IMG/VR virus record: IMGVR_UViG_3300037258_000368
Coordinates: 2,287-66,286 of that record
DNA: 64,000 nucleotides
Direction: 5' to 3' (one strand)
Source of the DNA: a virus
Numbering within the stretch: position 1 is the stretch's first letter; each line of letters begins with the position of its first letter. A program made the position numbers and the translations under genes. The notes beneath the pieces are model-generated. The model made no database searches. It had not been told where the DNA came from and saw nothing but the letters and a program-made list of their open reading frames with translations. Shown piece by piece: positions 45,901 to 54,261 of this stretch.

Positions 45901-48900
45901 CGGCAACCATCTCATGCGCAAAATCGGCGAATTTATGTGCGCCCGCCTCGATATGATAGCCGGCGAGCGTCAATCCTGCTGCTGCGATTTCCGGGTCAAA
46001 CCCGGCATTGAGTTGCGAGCCGCCGAGTTTGGCGCGCAGGATCGCACGCGCTTTATCGGCGGCATCCTTGGTGAAGATTTTATTGCTCTCGCCGTAGCCG
46101 GCTTTTTCAGAAGCGAGCGGTCCCGCATCGGCAATACGGCGGCGGGCTTCGGCGATTGCCCTTTCGATTGTTGCCTTCTCGCTCGGCCCAACTTCGCGTT
46201 CTCGCAGTTCCTGCTCTAACGTATTGATCCGATCCTGTTCGCGGCGCGCGATGTCCGCTGGTTCGGATGTTGGGATAGCGGCGAGGCCCGGGTGTTCTGG
46301 CGAAGCAAGCGCAATCTCCCACTCGCCTTCCGTCAAATCGGTCAGACGCTGGATGCGGCTTAGATTTACCTGCGCCACGCCCTCCGGAATTGCGCCCTCT
46401 TTTACGAGGCGAGCGAGACCCGCAACAGCTTGCTGCGGCGTGACCTCTCCATTCAGGGCGTCGACCGCCCACTTGTTCGCTGATCTTTTCCCCGGATCTT
46501 CGAAATCCGCATACTCGTAGCGCGGTGTGACGCCTTCGGGCGCGATCTTGTATTCGGGATGCGCGTCGCGATCGATGCTCAGTTTCACCCCGTCGCGCGT
46601 CGGGGTCATGCCGACCGGCTCGGTCGTGCGCACGCCATTTTCCACGGTCGAGCGCACGCCGCGCTCGTCTTCGTAAAGGGTCTGGCCGAGAGAATTTTTG
46701 CCGATCTCTTTCGGCTCAGGCCGCGGAGCCCGTACCGCGGCTCCCGTGACGAATGACGGCAGCACGTATTTCGTGCCGGCGGGCGGTTCCATGACCTGCG
46801 GTGTCGGCGCTTTTGGCTTGGGCGGCGCCTTCGCCTTCCCTTCTGCTTCGCCTTCCGGGGGTTCCGGCGGCGCCGGCGGTGGCGGTGGCTTCGCTGCCTC
46901 GGCTTCGGGCTCGGGCGGCCCATAGATTTCGGCGGTCGCCTCGCGCAACTCCTCGGGCGGCACGCCGGCGACAAAGCCGTCGCGGCGCATCTCGGCTTGC
47001 TTCGCCGCGATCTCGGCCGGCGTCGGCGCTCGACCGTCCGGTGTCGGGAAGAACGCCTCGGTATCGACGGGTCGGCCATCGGCCAATTCCGCGACGCTGG
47101 CGCTGATCGCGGCGTGCTGGGTCTGCGCGTCGGCGTGGACGATCGGCGCGGCGGCAGCGGCTTTTCGTATCTCGTCCTCGAAGGTTATGCCGAGCCGTTC
47201 TTGTGCGGCTATGAAGGCGGCCTCGTTTTCTGGATTGTGGAAAAACGGAATTTGCCCGCCGATCGATTCCACACCGCTTTGTCGGGCGTATTCCTCGAAA
47301 AACTCTTCCTCGGTGACGCCCCGCGTCGGGATGCCCCGCTTTTCGCCGATCTCCTGCGCTTCTGCGTCGGGCTGCCACATGCGGGTTGTGGTCGACTCGG
47401 CTGCCGGCGAGCGCCGGATCGCCATCTCTGTCGAGACCTTTTCGGAGTGGCCTTGGGCGAGCAGGTAGGCTTTGACCTGTTCCTGCTCCGGGGTCAGCGG
47501 TACGGTCTCGGCGGCCGGGAGGGGGGGTCCACCCGCAGTCATGCTTGCCCGCCACTCCGCGGCTTGCCGCTCGAAATCCGCGACATCGTTGGACTCGATG
47601 ACGGTGCGCTGGCCGTTGATCTCGATGGTCGTGCGGAAGGATCTCGCCGGCGGGGCTGGTTCCGGTGCGGGCGGCGTGGTGGCCGGCGCTCCTTGGCGAG
47701 CATTCTTCCAAGCGTTGAATTCCGTCATATTGTCCATCGACGGAATACCGAGCGCTATCCTGGCCTCACGCACGAATTGAGCTGCGGCCTGTCGTTCCGA
47801 GTCGCCATTGGCACGCGCAACTGCCCGCACTTGATCGAGCCGGGGACCAAGTGCCTCCGCAATTTGGCTAGCGGTTTTGCCTTCGGCAGCAAGTCCTTCA
47901 ATGTTGCCAACGATATTGAGCCGGGTTGCTGTTGCATAAGAGCGCGCAACGTTCTCACGAACGAGATCGGCAACGGGGCCTGTGCCCGCCGGGATCACAG
48001 GCTGGCGGACCGCAGCAACGATGGGCGGCGGGGCGCCAGACGGGGGAGGAGGCGGCGCTCCTCCTGGCGGCGCTCCTCCTGGCGGCGCTCCTCCTCCTGG
48101 CGGCGCTGGCGGCGGCGCCGGCGCCCGCGCGACGTGCCAAAGATCCTTGATCGGTCCGGTGATCCCGGCATGGGTGAGCGCGGCCAGGCCGGCGCCCATC
48201 GCAGTGTCGAGGAGCGCCTCGCGCAAACCGTAGTCGCTGGCTTCCTCTTGGCCGAGGCCGTACTGCAGCGCGGCGACCGGCGCCATCGCCAGCGCGCCGC
48301 TTGCCGCACCGGCGCCCAGCCGCGCGACGGTGCGTCCGATGATCCCGGCCCCGGTCCGGGCCATGATCGCCTCTTCGCCGATGCCCGGCACAAAGATCGT
48401 GGCGGCCCGCAGCGGGTCGAGCATGAAGCCGAGCGAGCCGACGGCAAAATTGGTCGGCCAGGAATGAGCGTTTTCGAAGCGAGCGGTCACGTTGTCGCGT
48501 TCGATTTCCTCGCGCTTTGCTTCACCGATCAGCTTGGCGACCGCCTCGGGCAGCGGACCATCGCCAAGCGAGACCGGTTTGCCGTCATTGCCGAGTGGGG
48601 CGTAACGCTGCTGGTATTCCTCGTGCGGTAGCATCGGTGTCGGCTCGGAGCCGGGCGGCGGCATCTGGTCCGTGGTGCCAAAGGGCGCCGCGGCTTCCTC
48701 CTGCTCTCGGGTCATGCCGTAGAGCATCTGCGGAAGGATGCCGCTGCCCCGGTAGAGGCCTTGTGTCGCGACGCGGCCTGCCGAACGCAGGGTCGAACCG
48801 ACCTGCTCGCCGATCGACTCGCCGGCGGTCGAGGGGATGTCCTGGTAGGCGATATCCGCGGCCGCTTCGGGATCTTCGACCGGTTTCCCGTCCGGGATGA

Positions 48901-48919
48901 TATCGAAACCGCTCATCAA
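39980..48919 (-). CDS. Giant polyvalent ejection protein with DarB-like N6-adenine methyltransferase and SF2/SNF2 helicase
   Basis: MTase FEPGMGIGNF and GNPPF; helicase AVGAGKT, VDEAH, SGTPVTN, GTGVNVQ, QRNGRGFRQGN; ejection-protein-like termini. Confidence 0.93.
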   Translation of the reverse strand: MMSGFDIIPDGKPVEDPEAAADIAYQDIPSTAGESIGEQVGSTLRSAGRVATQGLYRGSGILPQMLYGMTREQEEAAAPFGTTDQMPPPGSEPTPMLPHEEYQQRYAPLGNDGKPVSLGDGPLPEAVAKLIGEAKREEIERDNVTARFENAHSWPTNFAVGSLGFMLDPLRAATIFVPGIGEEAIMARTGAGIIGRTVARLGAGAASGALAMAPVAALQYGLGQEEASDYGLREALLDTAMGAGLAALTHAGITGPIKDLWHVARAPAPPPAPPGGGAPPGGAPPGGAPPPPPSGAPPPIVAAVRQPVIPAGTGPVADLVRENVARSYATATRLNIVGNIEGLAAEGKTASQIAEALGPRLDQVRAVARANGDSERQAAAQFVREARIALGIPSMDNMTEFNAWKNARQGAPATTPPAPEPAPPARSFRTTIEINGQRTVIESNDVADFERQAAEWRASMTAGGPPLPAAETVPLTPEQEQVKAYLLAQGHSEKVSTEMAIRRSPAAESTTTRMWQPDAEAQEIGEKRGIPTRGVTEEEFFEEYARQSGVESIGGQIPFFHNPENEAAFIAAQERLGITFEDEIRKAAAAAPIVHADAQTQHAAISASVAELADGRPVDTEAFFPTPDGRAPTPAEIAAKQAEMRRDGFVAGVPPEELREATAEIYGPPEPEAEAAKPPPPPAPPEPPEGEAEGKAKAPPKPKAPTPQVMEPPAGTKYVLPSFVTGAAVRAPRPEPKEIGKNSLGQTLYEDERGVRSTVENGVRTTEPVGMTPTRDGVKLSIDRDAHPEYKIAPEGVTPRYEYADFEDPGKRSANKWAVDALNGEVTPQQAVAGLARLVKEGAIPEGVAQVNLSRIQRLTDLTEGEWEIALASPEHPGLAAIPTSEPADIARREQDRINTLEQELREREVGPSEKATIERAIAEARRRIADAGPLASEKAGYGESNKIFTKDAADKARAILRAKLGGSQLNAGFDPEIAAAGLTLAGYHIEAGAHKFADFAHEMVADFGEAIRPYLRGFYENARHYPDFEPARNMSTPEEIDRAIEDAANATQHPGTLRTGGNGEGTEDGGGAATRGPVATAPEGSEQPGAGTAEPNPAGEPGPGSSGEGAGAGAGIRHPDNIPAGGEAGPGSPGVTGRPAGERNGEPGERAPDADVKGANYVIEPGALAEARSPRVKANDNIAAIELAKSLTAAGLPATKEQQAILARYVGWGGLSGALPDAKGNFRGGLDKIGARLKEILTDDEHRAAAASVLNAHYTSEVVVRSMWQAVERLGFKGGSVFEPGMGIGNFLGLMPGDLAAASRYQGIERDAITAQIAKLLYPESGVRQGDFSRVKVPLDHFDMAIGNPPFGNIAIKADPRYAARNFSIHNFFFAKSIDSVRPGGLLAFITSHFTMDSMDGDARRFLAERAEFLGAVRLPNTAFKANAGTEVTTDILFFKKRAAPVDLGNELPEWTQSALRELPDKNGEPATGPVNRYFTEHPEMVLGNESFAGKMNSGRDEYTVGETPGTVLSDRLREAMARLPEGVMDPPLSPEEKAAIDFSSTEKVDGSYYVAPDGRLMQYSQGAGRPVPERGAGVEGGKTAAEIHLIRDFVPLRDAMREVYRANLAGDEVAGAAARAQLGRVYDAFVAKNGPVNKTEFTYRRPNVVQQENARTAAREEARAAGEHFDEGDFDPGVMIAMGSKANEIARARETARGLAKEAGREFDEGTFDPAGMPDIETRKQPNLDPLRADQQSYVLSAAEDYDAETGLAEKRRIFFENNLTRYIEPELKSANDGVMWSMNKHGRLDVDAIAKKLGVTRPQVIEELGDAVMRLPGTQDSYVIRDAYLSGDVVTKLEEARAAVEADPRLQRNVSALEAVQPPPLPPGEITMNLGMSWIPVSHILNFLDDIGMGRTNLQFSEILGQWLVDKDGKYGPRQAEWSTERLGAHELLELALNGKSAVIRDRDPGPPTTTYVNQEATEAAQEVVSKLKEAFTDWTMADPARAVDLATLYNAKFNRVVLRQWDGGYLTTPGVSSNWSWRPHQTRVVARIIQDGNTYMAHAVGAGKTSAMIGSAMEMRRLGLVAKPMFVVPNHMLGQFAKEFYEQYPTARIMVADTSNFHTSVRKQFVANIAQQDLDGVVITNSAFGLIPISGEFSAQMIREATDEIDEAFAQLGQNPDELKKVTKGVNPDDRFTVKRLQAQKQRLEQKLLAARARQDEVNTFEELGVDFLFVDEAHQFRKLPITTITPMKGIDSSGGSDMAWDLYTKSRYLDQQNPGRSLVMASGTPVTNTMGELYSISRYIQPKALAERGLQHFDAWKQAFGTTTTKLEPTVTNEYKNATRFDTFVNMPELYKMVGSAMDVVTSKDLAQYVTRPAYNRLPPWLAPLTNWLQDFRADITRRAEAIKTRKGPPGKGDDILFSILSDGRKAAIDPRLVDMHAATAGDPSKLNMMIANVHRIWDETRDTQFYDPATDFKNESFRGPATQLVFANSGIGTRNSKGEPVFSSYQWMRREWIRMGIPASEIAFIKDFENPVAKLRLFNDVNEGKVRLLVGSVQKMGTGVNVQRRLRAIHNLDPLWYPADDEQRNGRGFRQGNHNPTLDIHDYSTMGSLDEFMWNLMAKKAGFIEQFFRGDPNLREMEDLGEADTYSQLAAMTTSDPRVMQLAQFKQDLKKLERRQSAHRSEQYRYQIDSQRGATEAAKEHATAAALQEAIGRSHQITGENFKVTVGDQVLTTREEAVAAIDKAVAATYPGLDVGKTQQIGEIGGFPLLISAQNHYALDAEGHFVKGPTGLLVTLKDDAPHFYLQFWPGEDRPLGMVPAPNMIASASSLLRLLPDYLKGAQERARNAELRAESSNREIGKTFVDEAKIPPMRQQVAALEASLSGKQAPVAEDAPPGPQAAAAAPAAAGGTAPLAPGQTTSIGPEGTMVSRDPALLRLWGQEPDLTAALQRLDTIGDQLLPEEQAAIDAAKARTGDAVDEAAACIGESEV
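45427..45771 (-). CDS. Nested alternative-frame gene, TnpV-like helical protein (114 aa)
   Basis: GAGGA-8nt-ATG; amphipathic helical sequence; host frame is low-complexity over the same interval. Confidence 0.65.
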   Translation of the reverse strand: MLLNIREPYAQAAMERAPKMVAALQRAGQWQQHLKEVSSRARELLNQILQGNPDPDPAERVRARELVFDTLITFPPEGKPDPDHLESPDDLPGSGTGNPASARQMPMSKAQITS

Positions 48920-51900
48920 AATTGCCCCTGCTGATAGTCAACCGGGGCGTCTGGCACCTTGTCGGGCTTCGCGTTGAACGGCACTTCGATGAATCCGCCG
49001 TTGGCCTGTCGCACGAAACGGCCGCCGCTGTCCATGAGGCGGATCGATTGACCGACCGTGATCCAGTTCGGCGCCGCCTTGAGGATGCGCAGCCAATCGT
49101 CGCCGCTCACGGCCCCGGCGATGTCGGGCCGGTTAGCCAGGGAGAGTGGCTGCTGAACATCGTTGAGCGTCAGAGAATTGACGTATTGCTGGGCTGCGGC
49201 GCTGATCGCATCGACGTTGGAGCGCGGCACGCGGGCGCCGCCGTTCGGCATGAATTCCCATTTGCCGATCGCGCTCTCGACCGCATGATCGGCCGCCGCC
49301 GCCGGATCTTCGCCGTGGTAGAGCGCCTTCGCTTTCGCAAGGAGGCCGATCGCGGAGATGATGCCATCGACCTGGCGCGGCGACGCGCCGGAATTGAGCA
49401 TCGAGCGCTCGTATTGTTTGATGCTGTCGTCGCCGGCGATGCGCGTCGCGATCGTCATCGAGGGCTTTAGGGCGCCGGCGACTTTGGCGTCGAGCAGATC
49501 GTCGAGGGACTTGTTGACGCCGGCCTTGTTGGCTTCCGCCAAACCACGCGCGAGGAGCGCGCCGTCGCCCTCGTTGTCGAGCGCGCCGACCATCTGGTAG
49601 GCCGGCGGCAGTTTGCCGACGCTGACGATATCCCGCCAGACTTCCGGCCATGCTGTACCCCAGCGCTCTTGCATCGCTTTCAATGCCGCTGGTGCGTGTT
49701 CAGGGTCGGCCATGATCTGCTGCGTCGCTGACTGGGCCTGTGTGTTGCTCAGAACGTGGCGGCTGTCGGCGGGCACCTGAAGCCGCTCCTGTTCGCCAAG
49801 AAGCTTTGCGGCAAAGCTCTCGACGGCATCGGGGATGCCCTGACCGCGCAATTCGGCTGACTGCTCGAGCGTTTCTTTCGCCGTCGCCTCGCGCGCCGCC
49901 TCGACATCGGGGTTGGTCGCCAGGACGTAGGAGGCCGGATCTTCGCCCAGGGCTTTGATGTGCTGTTCGACGGCTTTGTCAAAAGCGTCGGCGAGCTTTT
50001 TCTGCTTCACGTAGCCCGGGCCGGCGCTGCGGGCGAGCACCGCTTGGTTGGCGGCGTGCTGCGTCGCGATTTCAGTCAGCGGCATGCCGCGCACCGCCTG
50101 CACCTGTTGACCGATCGTTCGGGCGTCTTCAAGATCGCCGATCATCTGATCGGCGTTTTCCTTCGGGAACAACCGGCGATAGGTGTTCGGGTCGTAATTG
50201 AACTCGCGGCCGTCTTGCAGCATCGCGACGCCGCCCTTGTATTGCGCCAGCGCCTGTGAGCGATCGGCCGAAGTCGTCTGCACCATGCGGCCGTAGCGTT
50301 GATTGGCCATGCCGTAGACGCGGCTGTATTGCTCTTCCGACAGCCCTTCGGGGATGCGGGCGAGATATTCCTCGCGGGTCGGGAAATTGGGCACCGGCGC
50401 CGTCATCGGGGTCGCCGGCGCTGCCGGCTGGCCGACAAGCTGATCGGGCGGTGGCGCTGCCTTCGGGTTGCCGTGGGCGTCGTACATCGACGCCTGCGCG
50501 TTGTGGAGCAGTGTCGCATAGGCATCGGCCGCGGCCGGCGTCGAAAACGTGCCGAGGTTCTCACCGGTCGCCTTGAAATGCGCTATCGCGTCCTCGTTGC
50601 TCAATCGGCCCGCCGGGTGACCCATCACGGTCGGAATCAGCACCTCGCCGGCGCCCGTGCCGATCGACATCGAACTCGTAGTGCTGTAGCTGCCATCTGG
50701 GTTATGCAGAACCGCCCGGTTCCAGGGATCGACATTCCCCGGTTTCACCATTCCGGCGGCATGCTGGGTGTCGAAAACCGGCGGGTTGACTTTTCCCGCT
50801 GCCGGTGCTGGCGCGGCGGTTGTCAGCGCGCGGATCTTCTCGCCCATCGAACTGTAGCCGTGTGGGCTCGGGTGCACGCCCTCGGTCGCGCCGACATCCT
50901 CAGCCGCAATTACCGGGACGCCCTGCCGCTTGGCGATATCAGCGAGCTCCGCGTTCTTCTCGGGGAATTTGGGGCCGTATCCGACCGCGATCACATTGGC
51001 GCCGTGCGCCTTCAGGTAATCGATCGTCTGCTCAACGACCGGCATCTGCTGACCGTTCGAGCCGGACGGCAGCACCACGGTCTTGCCCTGCCAATGATCC
51101 TCGGGCTGGCCCTTGATCGTGTCGAAGATGGTCTGCGGCGTGTCGCCGCCGTGGACATGCCCCGGCGCGCGCAGCGGTACATTGAGCCCGACGCCGAGGC
51201 TGTCGCCCCAGACTTCGAGATTTTGTGCACCGCCTTGGGCGCCCGGTGCAACATTCGGGGCTCCTGGCGCAACGCCCCGGTCCAACGCGTCGGCAAGCTG
51301 CGGAACGCCAGCGCGCGTGTAGGAGGCATCCTTGTGTGGGTCGCCACCAAGGTATCCGCGCAATGCGGCATTCCAGGTGCCCCCTGTCGCCTTCAGATCG
51401 GCGAGATAGCGCGCCGCCTGCGGGATTGCCTGTGTCGGATCGTCTGGGTCGAAGCCGCCGCGACTGGCGGCAGTCGAGGGCAGAAATTGGGCTATCCCCC
51501 GCGCGCCTTTCGGCGAGACCCCGGTCGGCTTAAAGCCGTTCTCGGCAAAAAGCACCCGCGTCAGCAATTCCTCGGGCACGTCGTATTGGGTCGCTGCACC
51601 GTTGATGAGCGGGGCATATTGCGCCGGCGCCTGCGGGAGCGCCGGAAGCGGGCCGGTTGTCGTGCGGGGACCCGTCGTGCCCGGAACCGCGCCGCCGGAC
51701 ATGCGATCGACGATCGCGGCCGCCTGCGCGCGATCGGCGTTGCGCTGCGCGGTAGCTGCGTGGCCGGCGAGACTGTACCCGAGCGAATCGTAATTCTTCG
51801 AGGTCGACAGGATGTCGGTGTGGTCGGTGTAGAGCTTCGTCGCAAGCGCCGGATTGCTGATCGCGGCCGCCTTAATGCGGGCCTCGGTGACATCGGTCAA

Positions 51901-52557
51901 CGCCTGGCGCTGCTCGCGCGCCATCAGCGCTGCCTGATCCGGCGTCAGTTGCGAGACATCCCGTGGCAATAATCCCGCGAGTTGCATTTTTTGGATGCGC
52001 GCGGAATTGGCTGTTGCCAAAGCCTGCGTCGCTGCCCCCTCGTCCTCGGGGTGCGTCGCGGCATCGGCAATCGCGTTCTGGTACCGCGTTTCACTGACCT
52101 GGGTACCCCAGCCTTTCGATTCGGTATCGTAGTGGGTGCCAATCTCTCCCTGCTGGCGGGCCATGAGATAGCGGGTCTGCTGGTTGAATTCGATCTGGCT
52201 GTCGGTGGTCATCCCCATGCCGGCATATTTGTCGCGTAGCGCTTTCAGCGCCGCGATGACTCCAGGCTGGGCGTCCATTGCCTCCTGGTTGTGCTTGCCC
52301 AGGTAGTCGGTCATTACCTGCTGGGATTCGTCCATATAGCCGGATGCAGCCTGTTGCCCGGAGAGCTGGCCATAGACGTGGCCGACCTTGAGGACATCCT
52401 GGCCGACCTTTTCCTCGGCCGCGCCGACCTGCGCGCCGAAATCCGCTCCGGACGACGCGATCCGCTCGTAATCTTCGGGCGGCCTGGATTGCGGCTCAAC
52501 ATTGGGGATGCCGCTCGCCGCCGGAATGCGCGAGGGTATGGTAAGAATCTGGGCCAA
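48916..52557 (-). CDS. Ejection protein with lytic transglycosylase (SLT), SGNH-like and a third inserted domain
   Basis: AENGF..SPKGARGIAQFLPSTA..AARYL..ALRGY; WGDSLG..GSN..EGVHP. Confidence 0.88.
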   Translation of the reverse strand: MAQILTIPSRIPAASGIPNVEPQSRPPEDYERIASSGADFGAQVGAAEEKVGQDVLKVGHVYGQLSGQQAASGYMDESQQVMTDYLGKHNQEAMDAQPGVIAALKALRDKYAGMGMTTDSQIEFNQQTRYLMARQQGEIGTHYDTESKGWGTQVSETRYQNAIADAATHPEDEGAATQALATANSARIQKMQLAGLLPRDVSQLTPDQAALMAREQRQALTDVTEARIKAAAISNPALATKLYTDHTDILSTSKNYDSLGYSLAGHAATAQRNADRAQAAAIVDRMSGGAVPGTTGPRTTTGPLPALPQAPAQYAPLINGAATQYDVPEELLTRVLFAENGFKPTGVSPKGARGIAQFLPSTAASRGGFDPDDPTQAIPQAARYLADLKATGGTWNAALRGYLGGDPHKDASYTRAGVPQLADALDRGVAPGAPNVAPGAQGGAQNLEVWGDSLGVGLNVPLRAPGHVHGGDTPQTIFDTIKGQPEDHWQGKTVVLPSGSNGQQMPVVEQTIDYLKAHGANVIAVGYGPKFPEKNAELADIAKRQGVPVIAAEDVGATEGVHPSPHGYSSMGEKIRALTTAAPAPAAGKVNPPVFDTQHAAGMVKPGNVDPWNRAVLHNPDGSYSTTSSMSIGTGAGEVLIPTVMGHPAGRLSNEDAIAHFKATGENLGTFSTPAAADAYATLLHNAQASMYDAHGNPKAAPPPDQLVGQPAAPATPMTAPVPNFPTREEYLARIPEGLSEEQYSRVYGMANQRYGRMVQTTSADRSQALAQYKGGVAMLQDGREFNYDPNTYRRLFPKENADQMIGDLEDARTIGQQVQAVRGMPLTEIATQHAANQAVLARSAGPGYVKQKKLADAFDKAVEQHIKALGEDPASYVLATNPDVEAAREATAKETLEQSAELRGQGIPDAVESFAAKLLGEQERLQVPADSRHVLSNTQAQSATQQIMADPEHAPAALKAMQERWGTAWPEVWRDIVSVGKLPPAYQMVGALDNEGDGALLARGLAEANKAGVNKSLDDLLDAKVAGALKPSMTIATRIAGDDSIKQYERSMLNSGASPRQVDGIISAIGLLAKAKALYHGEDPAAAADHAVESAIGKWEFMPNGGARVPRSNVDAISAAAQQYVNSLTLNDVQQPLSLANRPDIAGAVSGDDWLRILKAAPNWITVGQSIRLMDSGGRFVRQANGGFIEVPFNAKPDKVPDAPVDYQQGQF

Positions 52558-52558
52558 A

Positions 52559-53137
52559 TCAGATCACTGCGCCATTGGTGTTCTGGTAATAGCCGGAATT
52601 GCTGGTATCGGCGGTTGTACCGAGCCCGGACCATTTGAGGCCGATATTCGACGCGCCCGCCAGGAGCGAGCCACCGGCGCTGGCAAAGCCGGCCGTCGTG
52701 TCGAACCCGGCCTGAGCTTTAAGGAGCTGGGCTTGCGCAGCATCATTCGTTGATTCCGTGCGGTAGCCATAGGCTGTCAGCGCCGCGGCCTGCCGCGTCG
52801 TCTCGGTATCCAATTGGCCCTTTTCGGCGGCGCTGGTTCGCAGATCGACCGCGGAGCCGCTGTTGACATCGATCCCGTTGGCCGCGATCTCGGCCTTCAA
52901 ATGCTGCTCCTCGGCCCGCGCTTTAAACGCCTCGTTCGTCGCCTGCTGCTCTCCGGCCTTGATCGCGTAGGCGGCATTCTGATTCGCGGTGATCTGGTTA
53001 TTTGCAGCGACTTGGGCTTGATAGTTCGCCGAGGCAGCATTCGCTTCGCCGGTGCTGATCGCGCCGAGCGCAGATATGCCGCTGCCCGCGATGCCCGCAA
53101 CGGCAGATACAAGACCAAGATCAAGTCCCACGTTCAA
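52559..53137 (-). CDS. Internal virion protein (T7 gp14-like)
   Basis: Ala/Gly-rich; AANGIDVNSGSAVD; hydrophobic ends. Confidence 0.8.
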   Translation of the reverse strand: MNVGLDLGLVSAVAGIAGSGISALGAISTGEANAASANYQAQVAANNQITANQNAAYAIKAGEQQATNEAFKARAEEQHLKAEIAANGIDVNSGSAVDLRTSAAEKGQLDTETTRQAAALTAYGYRTESTNDAAQAQLLKAQAGFDTTAGFASAGGSLLAGASNIGLKWSGLGTTADTSNSGYYQNTNGAVI

Positions 53138-53591
53138 TCCTCAATTCTCGGTAGACGGCGCCGGCGATTAGCTGGGGATCGCCAACGGAGAAACCCGCCA
53201 ACGAAAAAAACCGGATGGCGCACTGGTAGGAGCAGGCGACGTGCGCGCGCAACACCTGGCGCGAACCGAGCATCATCCTGACTTCCTTTCGGGTCTCGCG
53301 CAGGAAAGCCAGTGGCAATCGGGCGACCGGCGCCGCCGTAAATGCCCATAGCGATCCGGTATCGCTCAAGAGCTGCGCGGTGTCGCCCCAGGCTGCCGCA
53401 ACTTCGCCATCGACGATCGCCACCCGCGGCGCGATCGACGCCCGCCACAGCGCGATCAGCGCATGCCGCGGCACGAGCCCGACCGCCTCGATCTCGGCGC
53501 GGTCCTCGGCACGCAGCGTCGCGCAAAGCGCGCGCACATGGGCGAGAGTACAAGGGCGGATTTCGTATCGCACCGGATCGGATGCTATCAT
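53121..53591 (-). CDS. GNAT-like internal virion protein A (T7 gp13-like)
   Basis: LRAEDRAEI..AAWG..W..V..Y..AIRFF..GF; position after nozzle. Confidence 0.8.
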   Translation of the reverse strand: MIASDPVRYEIRPCTLAHVRALCATLRAEDRAEIEAVGLVPRHALIALWRASIAPRVAIVDGEVAAAWGDTAQLLSDTGSLWAFTAAPVARLPLAFLRETRKEVRMMLGSRQVLRAHVACSYQCAIRFFSLAGFSVGDPQLIAGAVYRELRIERGT

Positions 53592-53629
53592 AGACTGCCT
53601 GCACACACGGGTCAGGGTAGGAGGGAAAG

Positions 53630-54118
53630 ATGGACGAGAATTCGATCGGACATATCGATTCGGTAATTGCGCATATGACCGTCTGGGCGCCGTGGCGGCT
53701 TCCCCTTTATCGAGCGGTCAAAGCGAAGACGATCAGTCTCGTCGAATTTTTCCCGGGAGGAAACGCGGACCCCATATTTCTCGGCAGCCTACCTGCCCCC
53801 ACGGTGGCGATTATTGCCGACGATATTGGAAGCCCCGTCGGGCCGGATGGTTTTCCCTGCGCCCAATACCTGTTGTGTAACTGGGCGCAGGGTCTATTGG
53901 TTCATTCGGCAGGCGGCGAGACTTGGCATTACGACGAGGCTGTGCGCGGTGCTATCATTGTTCGGCACCTCGTCCTTATTGAAACCGGCAGCCGCGACCA
54001 TGACAAATGGATCGTAGCAGCCGGCATCGATCCTACCCCCTTAGCGGCCACTCGCATTCCTGTGTTGAGCATTATCGTCTCCCCATCTTCCCCTCCGCAC
54101 CCGCTTCCGCCGAATTGA
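53630..54118 (+). CDS. Hypothetical protein (antisense islet)
   Basis: AGGAGG RBS; IIADD..GPDGF..VLIET..W. Confidence 0.7.
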   Translation: MDENSIGHIDSVIAHMTVWAPWRLPLYRAVKAKTISLVEFFPGGNADPIFLGSLPAPTVAIIADDIGSPVGPDGFPCAQYLLCNWAQGLLVHSAGGETWHYDEAVRGAIIVRHLVLIETGSRDHDKWIVAAGIDPTPLAATRIPVLSIIVSPSSPPHPLPPN

Positions 54119-54261
54119 CGCCCCGGGCTCGGCCTCCGATGAGCGTCTGCCACTGCGAGCAGCTTGGTCGTGAATACGATGAAACGGCGGGCGTAAAATG
54201 CCGAGGTTGCGGCAAAATCCAACCACACCGCGCCGCCCTCGATCGCCGACAGGAGGAAGCC

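Noticed and set aside
47755-47973. Other alternative-frame ORFs inside the giant gene (also 46716-47711, 46107-46472)
   Set aside because: No convincing RBS, Arg-rich or unstructured, and the main frame is domain-like over much of these spans, unlike 45427-45771
48050-48107. 15-bp tandem repeat ggcggcgctcctcct
   Set aside because: Encodes a PPGGA flexible linker; ordinary low-complexity coding repeat
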